A DNA stretch of 32,000 bases from Promethearchaeota archaeon (GTDB taxonomy: Archaea; Asgardarchaeota; Hermodarchaeia; Hermodarchaeales; Hermodarchaeaceae): assembly GCA_048938295.1 (NCBI GenBank), contig JBHLMI010000015.1, positions 1-32,000 on the forward strand. Reading direction: 5' to 3'. Position 1 is the stretch's first letter. Every line of letters starts with the position of its first letter. The translations under genes and the position numbers were made by a program. The notes beneath the pieces were generated by a model. It ran no database searches. It saw nothing but the letters and a program-made list of their open reading frames with translations, and had not been told where the DNA came from. This document shows, piece after piece, positions 24,903 through 32,000 of the stretch.

Positions 24903-26222
24903 TTGCATCAATTTCTCGACCAACTTGAGCAGGCATGGAAAACAGGGTATGAGTTCATCAAGGGGAGTCCAGTGATTCTAAAACGGACCGATATAAATTC
25001 AGTTATGTCGCATTCTGGGAAAATCCTCAACGAGCGCCGCATCCGTGAGACTCTTGCAACAACCATTGAGCTTCGAGAATTAGGCGCCGCAGCAATTACT
25101 GATGCCTCCCATCAATCACGACCTGGACGTGCAGATTTCTATCCAACGCTTGAACATACCCGCGTCATGAATTCTATATTTGAAATTGAGTTTCCTGATA
25201 AATACGATGAATGGGAATACGTGTTCAGTGATTCCGCCTGGGGCCTCTCCCAATTGGAATACTTAACACGTGGACAAAATGTCATGAGCAATAACATCCG
25301 GTTCGCCCCCTGGGAGCTCAAAGTGCCAGCCCATCTTTATGACATTCCGCCGGTTCGGCTCGTCGAAAAGCTCCGCGATGCAGGACACCGCGTCTGCTAC
25401 GTACAAGATGCTTTTCCCTCCGCCCATCGAGGAGGCGGCCAGAAAGACACATCGATGTACGCGCTACCTAACTTCTTTAGCCGTCGTGGAATTCCCGTGT
25501 TTCCATCTCGTAATTTCGCCGAGGAAATGATCAAATTCGCTGAACTAAACGAACTCATCCATACAAGCAAAAAAGTCATCGTTGCCCTATTTGGAGGAAA
25601 GGTCACTGATTACCTTGATGTCTTCTCCCTTTATGAACGTCATAAACACATCGAAATTCTTGCTGGCTCCCTGCTTAGTATGGTATTTCTTAAAAGCCAA
25701 CATCCCACACTAAGTTTCGGAGTCAACGATGAACGATTCTTCCAAGACATTGGCGAAGAGGAACTCCGACAATTCAAGCAACACTTCGATAAAGAACGTG
25801 TTCACCTCGCCAAAGACCTGGTCATCACTACCCCTGATGAAATCGTCACCAAATCACTCAACGCCAAAACGAAAATTCGCTACGAAGTGCAAGGGATTGG
25901 ACCTGAAACCGTCAAGTCTTATGCAGACGCGGTAAAAGGCGCTCAACTTCTAATGGTCAACGGATGCCCGTTTAATATTCGCCGGTTTGAAACCTTTGGG
26001 AAATACTTCAAAGAATTCCTTATACTAGTCCGAAAACAAAATCGGTCCATGAAACTGTATGAATGCGGAGGGGATGCAATCACAGCCATCAAATATAGTG
26101 GCATCAAAACTGATATCAGCTCCACGGCTGGAAAACTCGGACTCCTGGCTCCAATGATCGAAGACAAAACCGACCTTGAAAAATATGCTCCTGCTGTAGT
26201 TCCTCTCATTCAGCAAAGCTAA
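24903..26222 (+). CDS. Divergent archaeal-type phosphoglycerate kinase homologue (C-terminal nucleotide-binding motifs degenerate)
   Basis: RTDINS, RRIR, SHQSRPG, NIRF, 'YVQDAFPSAHR', GGKVTD, IGPET, NG, GGD and ST are all collinear with PGK. GGTGA SD precedes TTG 24903. The symbol pgk is withheld because the activity is uncertain. Confidence 0.8.
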   Translation: MHQFLDQLEQAWKTGYEFIKGSPVILKRTDINSVMSHSGKILNERRIRETLATTIELRELGAAAITDASHQSRPGRADFYPTLEHTRVMNSIFEIEFPDKYDEWEYVFSDSAWGLSQLEYLTRGQNVMSNNIRFAPWELKVPAHLYDIPPVRLVEKLRDAGHRVCYVQDAFPSAHRGGGQKDTSMYALPNFFSRRGIPVFPSRNFAEEMIKFAELNELIHTSKKVIVALFGGKVTDYLDVFSLYERHKHIEILAGSLLSMVFLKSQHPTLSFGVNDERFFQDIGEEELRQFKQHFDKERVHLAKDLVITTPDEIVTKSLNAKTKIRYEVQGIGPETVKSYADAVKGAQLLMVNGCPFNIRRFETFGKYFKEFLILVRKQNRSMKLYECGGDAITAIKYSGIKTDISSTAGKLGLLAPMIEDKTDLEKYAPAVVPLIQQS

Positions 26223-26233
26223 CAGGATCTAGG

Positions 26234-28336
26234 TTAATCAACTGTTCTTCCACAATGGCCACAAAAAGTGGCATTTGGCGTTAACGGAGCACCACAGTGG
26301 TAGCAGAATCCCGTGTGAACAGGCTTTTCAGAAGGAGTGTCGACTCCTGTTGTTGAAGGATAAGTTGGAGATGGGGTATTCGCGGGTGTTGGTTCAGGGG
26401 CTGGTGACCACATATATTCTTGGGGTTTACGTTTCCGCCGTTGAACAAGTGTACATATGCAGAAGACAATGATTAAGGCAATCGCCGCAATGATAATGAT
26501 CCAAATGATCAAACCAAATCCAGAGATGGTTATTGAATAATTCGTCCCAGCGTTATCATCCGTGGCAACCCGACCCCCTGCATCAGTTACTGTCACATAA
26601 TATGTGATAATGGATCCTGGAAGAAAGGTACCCAAAGCTCCTTTCCATTCAGAACCACTTATGAACACCATATCAATGTGATACCATCGAGTATCTCCTT
26701 GTCGTTGGAAATAGACCGTAGCGTTGACAATCCAAGTATCATCGGTGGCTTCTAGACTCACAGTGATGGGATCACCAAATCCTGGAGCCATTGGAGAGTG
26801 GCTAACAGAGCTTATGATGGGATCTGCTAGGTCCACAATGAATTGTGATTGGATGGATAATCGCCGTCCGCTTCCTGCCAATTCCATAATCAGAGTGGCG
26901 TTGTGTACACCTGATGTAAGGCCTACGATGTCTTGGCTAGTACCCAATCCGCTATATTCCAAGATGTCATCCACAAATAGTTCAAAGTGATCAATTCCTG
27001 TTCCAGGTGCTGTCCCAGACCATTGTATAGTTATATTCGGTGTTAGAATCGCGCTACCATCTAAGGGAAAAAGAAATTCCATGAAGGCTCGAATAATAGA
27101 AACATTGTACGAAGCTCCAACGGCATTTTCTATAACCATTGTAAACTGACCGCTGGATGAAACATAAGAATCAACATCTCCCAATCCGATATCAAACGCC
27201 CCATCATCTACCCCCGCGACCGTTCCAGGATGTGCATCGATTACCTTTACGATTCCTTGACCTGAGGAAAGCGTTTCATCAATCTCAGTAATCAGAACTC
27301 CTTCACCCCCGGGGCCTATAATGGGAAGCGAAGTGTCATAACCAATCTTTTTCCGAACTTCGATTAGGAAATAATGTGTTGAAGTTACATTGATTCGAAT
27401 CAGATGTATGCCCGTTGGAGGGAGTTCAAGAGGATCAATCACTGCAGTGAGATCGGAGCTTACCTCAACTGTGTTGCTGGCATTAACCCAACCCAATTGC
27501 GATTTACTCCACCCCATCATATGTGAGGGTTGATCGCCTAGACCCATGGGGCCATTCCAAGATCCTGCCCCCATCAATCCCCAATGGCCGACAAACTGTT
27601 CTCCTTGGTAATCGACATCATATAAGTCAGGTAATCCTAAGTCGTGTCCAAACTCATGGGCTAGAACACCTACGAATGACGGTTCACCAGGAAGGCTTTC
27701 CTCAGGGCTTACCGATGCACGTTGGATTGAAATCCCATCAGCCCAAATGGTAAAACCCCACCATTCACTGGACCAATAATCCTGCCAATCATGGCTTAGT
27801 TCTTGGCCTTGACCTGCATGAATAATGGTCACGCCATCGTAATTTGAAAAATCAACATCCGGATCTGCGAGAGCAATCGCTTCAGAAACTATATCAAACT
27901 TGGGATCGCTTGGAAACGATGTACCATCTACATAGTAGGCTCGATTATGTGAAAGTGTGTACCATTGGGTCGCATCACCCCCAACTGAAACTAGCCCATA
28001 TGAAACCTCATCGATATAATCATTGAGTTCGGCTAAAGCATTTGTCTCCACTTCAGCTGAAGTAAACGTATTGCCTTTATCGGGAAATTCAACCAAGATG
28101 GCAACCAAGTTCTTAGTACCCGTAACCTGGCGAGAGGAACGGTAGACTTCCAGTGGAGGAGGTCCATCAAGACCAATGCGTGAAGACATCGGCATCGAGG
28201 TAGCCGAGGAAGCTTGGGTTGTCAAAGGAGCAGAAAATATACTCATTGCAAGTGGTGCAATCAGAGAAAAGAGGAGAATTGTCATTAGAGTAACTGCGGG
28301 AATAATGGCCAGCTTGCGACTTACATGATAACTCAT
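26234..28336 (-). CDS. M6 family (immune inhibitor A-like) metalloprotease, membrane-anchored, with a cytoplasmic double zinc-ribbon tail
   Basis: 'LVAILVEFPD', 'YIDEVSYG', 'DPDVDFSNYD...IIHAG', zinc motif 'HEFGHDLGLPDLY', Met-turn 'WGLMGAGSW', 'W.KSQLGW', 'YFLIEVR'. Then Ig-like domains, a TM helix, RRKRK, a Pro/Thr linker and CYHC-x11-CGHC. ATG 28336 (GAGGT SD) is preferred; the track start is GTG 28408. Confidence 0.9.
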   Translation of the reverse strand: MSYHVSRKLAIIPAVTLMTILLFSLIAPLAMSIFSAPLTTQASSATSMPMSSRIGLDGPPPLEVYRSSRQVTGTKNLVAILVEFPDKGNTFTSAEVETNALAELNDYIDEVSYGLVSVGGDATQWYTLSHNRAYYVDGTSFPSDPKFDIVSEAIALADPDVDFSNYDGVTIIHAGQGQELSHDWQDYWSSEWWGFTIWADGISIQRASVSPEESLPGEPSFVGVLAHEFGHDLGLPDLYDVDYQGEQFVGHWGLMGAGSWNGPMGLGDQPSHMMGWSKSQLGWVNASNTVEVSSDLTAVIDPLELPPTGIHLIRINVTSTHYFLIEVRKKIGYDTSLPIIGPGGEGVLITEIDETLSSGQGIVKVIDAHPGTVAGVDDGAFDIGLGDVDSYVSSSGQFTMVIENAVGASYNVSIIRAFMEFLFPLDGSAILTPNITIQWSGTAPGTGIDHFELFVDDILEYSGLGTSQDIVGLTSGVHNATLIMELAGSGRRLSIQSQFIVDLADPIISSVSHSPMAPGFGDPITVSLEATDDTWIVNATVYFQRQGDTRWYHIDMVFISGSEWKGALGTFLPGSIITYYVTVTDAGGRVATDDNAGTNYSITISGFGLIIWIIIIAAIALIIVFCICTLVQRRKRKPQEYMWSPAPEPTPANTPSPTYPSTTGVDTPSEKPVHTGFCYHCGAPLTPNATFCGHCGRTVD

Positions 28337-28437
28337 CTGGTATACCTCAATAGTCCGTCTGCTCCACGTTCTGTGAACTTCCTTGGTCTTACGCCCAATG
28401 TCGTTCACGCTGGTCTATGAAATCTGTTGAAAGCCCA

Positions 28438-28452
28438 GAGATAAACTTTCGG
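28438..28452 (-). promoter_or_regulatory. Archaeal BRE + TATA promoter for the M6 protease gene
   Basis: Minus strand reads CCGAAAG-TTTATCTC. Confidence 0.5.
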
Positions 28453-28555
28453 TTCTGTCTACTCATAAGATAGTGAAGTTGGTCTCATCGCAATCTCGGA
28501 GTTGTCTCTGCTAGTGGTAAGGCAGGTTGGTCTCGTCTTCCCATCGCTAGCATCC

Positions 28556-29119
28556 TTATGGAGGACCGCTTCGACTTTCATGTGATGCTTTGATCTTTAT
28601 GGCTAAGGTGGAAAATGCTTCTTTAACCTCTTGTCCTGTCTTTGCTGACGTTTCCTTGTATTGAAACAGACCAAGATCCCTCGCGATTTTCTCCCCTTGT
28701 TCCGGAGTAATTTTGCGGTTCTTATCGAGGTCAGCTTTGTTTCCCAGGAGAATCAACAGGGGTTCAGGGCCCACAGCATCACGAAATGCCTGAACCCATC
28801 GTGGAATTGTTTCCAAGGTTTGGGGGCGAGTTAAATCAAAAACCACAATCCCTCCAGAAGCACCTTGGCAATATCGGGTGCGAAGATCTCGAAATATGTC
28901 CTGTCCCGCTAGATCCCAGATAAGGAGCTTAAACAGATACTTGTCGATCTTAGCATCATAGGTGCTGATATCAATCCCAAGAGTTCGGTGATAATCACGT
29001 TGAAACTTGCCTGTCACATACTTATTGACAAGGCTAGTCTTCCCAACAGCTGCTTCACCGAGGGTTACTAGCTTGTAGACAGAATCAAACCGTTTTTCTT
29101 CATCATAAGTTCTGCTCAC
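28556..29119 (-). CDS. Rab-like small GTPase (Ras superfamily), no C-terminal prenylation motif
   Basis: G1 GEAAVGKT, G2 YHRTLGID, G3 WDLAGQD, VVFDLT, G4 NKAD, G5 ETSAK. GTG start behind GAGGT. Ends ESRSGPP. Confidence 0.92.
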   Translation of the reverse strand: MSRTYDEEKRFDSVYKLVTLGEAAVGKTSLVNKYVTGKFQRDYHRTLGIDISTYDAKIDKYLFKLLIWDLAGQDIFRDLRTRYCQGASGGIVVFDLTRPQTLETIPRWVQAFRDAVGPEPLLILLGNKADLDKNRKITPEQGEKIARDLGLFQYKETSAKTGQEVKEAFSTLAIKIKASHESRSGPP

Positions 29120-29200
29120 TTCTCAACCTCCATATCGATGACCGGAAATCCAGCCTAATAATGGACAAGTTCCTCTTTAACTGTTGTCGAATCCCTCTCT

Positions 29201-29214
29201 TATATAAATTCTGA
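29201..29214 (-). promoter_or_regulatory. Candidate TATA box for GTPase 2
   Basis: Minus strand TCAGAA-TTTATATA in the intergenic region, about 80 nt upstream of GTG 29119. Confidence 0.45.
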
Positions 29215-29220
29215 CATAAT

Positions 29221-29604
29221 CTACAATTCCAGAATTTGCTTCAGCTTTTGTTCATAGGTCTCGAACAAGTCTAATAGCTGAATGCCTAGCTCAGTTAGGG
29301 CAGTGCCACCTTTTCCATCGCTGTGTCCACGCTGTTTTTTCACAATCGGTGCACCAATCCGTTCTTCCACTTTTTGAAGGTACCCCCACGCAAACCGATA
29401 GGAAGGTGATTCCATCTCTCCCAAGGCATCCTTGGGCAGTTTCTTCAAGGCTTGACTGATGGAACCTTTCTCAGCAATCCCTCTCAACAGCAAAGCCCCA
29501 CCTCTGCCAAGAATCAGCTCTCCATTCAGTTCAAACCACAGTTTCACCTTCACCTCTAATGAATCAAGGATTGGATCTTTTTCACTCGACATTACAGCCA
29601 CCAT
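29221..29604 (-). CDS. ModE-like winged-helix regulator (N-terminal DNA-binding domain only)
   Basis: 'VKLWFE.NGELILGRG.ALLLRGIAEKGSISQA...SYRFAWGYLQKVEERIGAPIVKKQRG...GGTALTELG' matches the stand-alone archaeal ModE wHTH family. No TOBE/Mop domains. Confidence 0.85.
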   Translation of the reverse strand: MVAVMSSEKDPILDSLEVKVKLWFELNGELILGRGGALLLRGIAEKGSISQALKKLPKDALGEMESPSYRFAWGYLQKVEERIGAPIVKKQRGHSDGKGGTALTELGIQLLDLFETYEQKLKQILEL

Positions 29605-29758
29605 CTAGTATGTAAGGAATGCAGTTAGTTACCTCTTGTGTTTTAGTACTACCAGGTGTTTGATGCAATACTTCAAATACCCACTGGCTTGTAATATGCT
29701 CTTGCCCAGAACCTATTCTAAGTGACTTTAAACAAAGGCAGTAATTCATAGGGTTATC

Positions 29759-30514
29759 ATGGTGTCGTCACCGCAGCTTGCTCGAATAGTCGTCAATTCC
29801 CTTAAAGCCATTCTCGGCGAAGAGTACACCATCCAGCATTTCGAACGACTTCCCAGTCGCCGTAATGAAGTCTATAAAATCCTTGGTTCCCTCCCTTCTC
29901 AACTCACACCAATACCCCTAATTGCGAAATACTATAAACAGACTGGCATCGCACATGAAGCCTCCATACTCCAAGAAGCCCATCAAAATAATCTCCACGT
30001 TCCTACTGTCATTGGCACAACTGCCAATGTCCTTGTCCTTGAATATATCAATGCTCCCAACCTTTGCGACCTCATCACAATCAACCCAGACAGGCTTCTG
30101 GGTCAGCTGCTCGCTAAATGGCTTGCAAGTTTCCACACCGTTTTTAGTCGCGGTGCTGGCCAGGTTCTTGCCAAAGGTGACACACGAATACGCAACTTCC
30201 TTGTTTTCTACGACCATCTTGTGGGCGTTGACTTTGAAGAAAGCCATATTGGATCCTACTACGAAGATCTAGCTATCGCCTGCGCGTCAATCCTTGACAC
30301 TGCTCCCCTTTTCACTGAACCCAAATTTCAGTTGTGTACAGTGTTGCTAGATGATTACTCTGCAATCCGCCAAATCACTAATCCGGAGGAATTCAAGGCA
30401 ACAATACGTGTCCAGATGATTCAGGTTCTCAAAGAGACCGCCCTTCGTCGGGGAAATCCTCCTGAGTTACTTTACCATATCTCGCGATTTGAAAGAGGTG
30501 CCATTTTATTTTAG
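29759..30514 (+). CDS. Protein-kinase-like phosphotransferase (APH/Kdo/RIO-like fold)
   Basis: 'EVYKI', 'LIAKYY' (Lys), 'HEASIL' (alphaC Glu), 'VP.V', 'LVLEYI' hinge, catalytic loop 'KGDTRIRNF', 'VDFEES', 'EDLA'. Confidence 0.75.
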   Translation: MVSSPQLARIVVNSLKAILGEEYTIQHFERLPSRRNEVYKILGSLPSQLTPIPLIAKYYKQTGIAHEASILQEAHQNNLHVPTVIGTTANVLVLEYINAPNLCDLITINPDRLLGQLLAKWLASFHTVFSRGAGQVLAKGDTRIRNFLVFYDHLVGVDFEESHIGSYYEDLAIACASILDTAPLFTEPKFQLCTVLLDDYSAIRQITNPEEFKATIRVQMIQVLKETALRRGNPPELLYHISRFERGAILF

Positions 30515-30648
30515 CTTTTTACCTAGATTGAAGTGTGGTTTACTCGTTTTTTAGACAATTTCCGAGTATTATAAAAAAATGTGGAAGCTGTCGATTATTT
30601 ATTTCCTAAGAAGCCAAAAGCCTTTAAGTCGGCTTCAAGATGACGGAG

Positions 30649-30669
30649 ACAACTCCACATTGGAGTTGT
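30649..30669. repeat. Perfect 9-bp inverted repeat (possible operator or RNA hairpin)
   Basis: ACAACTCCA-CAT-TGGAGTTGT lies between a TATA-like element (CTTTAAG, ~30622-30628) and the AGGAGG SD of the gene at 30702. Confidence 0.6.
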
Positions 30670-30701
30670 AACAATAAAAACTTTAGGAGGCATTGTGAGT
30701 T

Positions 30702-31049
30702 ATGGCAGATGAAGGAACAGCTCGGACTCTTGTCACGATTGGCGCCTGGCTACAGCTTATCTTCTGGTTTATCGGTATCGGTGGAATTGCCTTTACGGCA
30801 TTTCTATTCTTACCCGTCTTAATGGACCCGTTGTTCTTGATGGTTTTCCTACTGGCTGCAGCGTTTTACATTTTGATAACGATCTTCGCGATCATCTTCT
30901 TCATATTATGGTTCCGTTGGCGTCATGACCCTGGTGCACACAAGACTGGTCTCATCGTCACCGGTGTCCTTGGGCTCTTTTTGGCTGGATTCCTCCCAGC
31001 TCTTCTCGTCCTCATTGGTGGCATAATCGCCCCCTCTGAGTCCGCCTAA
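30702..31049 (+). CDS. Hypothetical small membrane protein (about 3 TM helices)
   Basis: 115 aa with hydrophobic helices. AGGAGG SD upstream and a terminator directly downstream. Confidence 0.75.
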   Translation: MADEGTARTLVTIGAWLQLIFWFIGIGGIAFTAFLFLPVLMDPLFLMVFLLAAAFYILITIFAIIFFILWFRWRHDPGAHKTGLIVTGVLGLFLAGFLPALLVLIGGIIAPSESA

Positions 31050-31098
31050 AACGACCGAGCCTCTTGGCTTGTAGGTCGTTCCTCTTTTTCTTTTTTTT
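31050..31098 (+). terminator. Hairpin + T-tract terminator
   Basis: AACGACC-GAGCC-TCTT-GGCTT-GTA-GGTCGTT (7-bp and 5-bp stems with a 3-nt bulge) begins right after TAA 31049 and is followed by CCTCTTTTTCTTTTTTTT. Confidence 0.7.
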
Positions 31099-31247
31099 AC
31101 CTCCGTGAGCGGAGCTAAGAAAAGGGCTCAATCAACTTTACACACTATAGCGAATCGGATTCAGTAGTATGCCACAACCTTTATGGTCTATGAGTCGTGG
31201 AGTGATGGCAGACAACGATACCTCAGCCAAGTAGGAGGCCCTTTTTG

Positions 31248-32000
31248 TTGGGAGTTAAATTAGCGCCGCTCATCATCCCAGAGGTTTTAGCATTAGAAGA
31301 TTTACGTGGTCGATCATTTGCGGTAGATGCTGCTAATCAATTGCATCAGTTCCTTGCCCTCATTCGTACTCCTGACGGGGTTCCACTAAAGGATCGTAAA
31401 GGGCGAGTCACCTCCCATCTGGTGGGGCTCCTTTATCGCACAACGCGACTGATTACTGAATATAACCTGAAACTCATATTTGTCTTCGATGGAAAACCCC
31501 CTGATCTCAAATCTAATGAAATTACAAAACGGCGTCAACAACGCAAACGAGCTGAACAGGAATACAAGGAAGCGGTTGCAAAAGGTGATATGAAAACAGC
31601 TTGGTCAAAGGCTGTAGGAACAGGTCGCCTTACGCAGGAGATGGCTCAAGAGGCGCAGCAAGTATTGACTTACCTTGGAATCCCCTTTGTACAAGCTCCC
31701 GGCGAAGGTGAAGCGCAAGCCGCTTATATGGTTCAACGTGGTGAAGTGTGGGCTACAGCCAGCCGGGATTTCGATACCCTACTTTTTGGGTCGCCACGAT
31801 TACTCCGCTACTTAACACTCACAGGTCGGAAACGCCTACCCAGTAAAGGTACAAGCGTTCCGCTCCAACCCGAGCTCATTGACCTCCACAAGGTACTTGC
31901 TGAAAATGGCATCAACCGTGAGCAGCTCGTTGATATCGCGCTACTCATTGGTACCGATTTCAACAAAGGTGTTCCTCAGGTTGGTCCGAAAACAGCATTA
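31248..32000 (+). CDS. fen: Flap endonuclease-1 (archaeal FEN1), truncated by window end
   Basis: TTG 31248 behind GGAGG (31234-31238) opens MGVKLAPLII...AVDAANQLHQFLALIRTPDG.PL.D..GRVTSHL.GL...FVFDGKPP..K...APGEGEAQAAY...SRDFDTLLFG.PRL...LIGTDFN.GV..VGPKTAL, with the XPG N and I motifs. Missing from the ORF track because it is partial. Confidence 0.95.
   Translation, partial: MGVKLAPLIIPEVLALEDLRGRSFAVDAANQLHQFLALIRTPDGVPLKDRKGRVTSHLVGLLYRTTRLITEYNLKLIFVFDGKPPDLKSNEITKRRQQRKRAEQEYKEAVAKGDMKTAWSKAVGTGRLTQEMAQEAQQVLTYLGIPFVQAPGEGEAQAAYMVQRGEVWATASRDFDTLLFGSPRLLRYLTLTGRKRLPSKGTSVPLQPELIDLHKVLAENGINREQLVDIALLIGTDFNKGVPQVGPKTAL

Noticed and set aside
31050-31098. Possible SECIS element (also considered for 10554-10585)
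   Set aside because: No in-frame UGA in the upstream genes and no AUGA/GA kink-turn core. A terminator is the simpler explanation.
1-32000. CRISPR arrays, tRNA/rRNA genes, IS elements/transposases, integrases
   Set aside because: By eye, no regularly spaced direct repeats, cloverleaf-compatible segments, terminal inverted repeats or recombinase motifs were found. Intergenic gaps are all about 200 bp or less.

Overview
This is a gene-dense archaeal window, most likely from an Asgard archaeon. That assignment is inferred from two Rab-like small GTPases without prenylation motifs, an archaeal FEN1, an archaeal-type PGK homologue, BRE/TATA promoters and GGTGA/GGAGG ribosome-binding sites. In order it holds: the 3' part of an Opp/Dpp peptide ABC operon whose OppC permease carries a ~390-aa extracellular insert built from a nested duplication; a wHTH regulator with a hypothetical gene; a 1672-aa membrane-anchored, apparently active pyrolysin-like S8 protease; a membrane protein; a class I aminotransferase; and Rab-like GTPase 1. 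Next is a tightly coupled four-gene minus-strand operon (21482->13300): an ABC-2 permease, an ABC ATPase with a 105-aa tandem-duplicated N-terminal module, a 1463-aa membrane-anchored subtilase whose catalytic Ser is Ala and which carries a GIFT (GldG/IFT52)-like domain, and a second ABC ATPase. The rest holds hypotheticals, a cupin, a DMT transporter with a divergent PGK-like gene, an M6 metalloprotease with a cytoplasmic zinc-ribbon tail, Rab-like GTPase 2, a ModE-like wHTH, a kinase-like protein, a small membrane protein and the 5' part of fen. No rRNA, tRNA, CRISPR array or mobile element was seen. The best candidate for an undescribed system is the ABC-2 / pseudo-subtilase-GIFT operon: it looks like a GldA/F/G-type transporter whose accessory subunit has the domain order of eukaryotic site-1 protease, and it sits next to an atypical Rab-like GTPase. 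All family calls come from motif recognition by eye; no searches were run.
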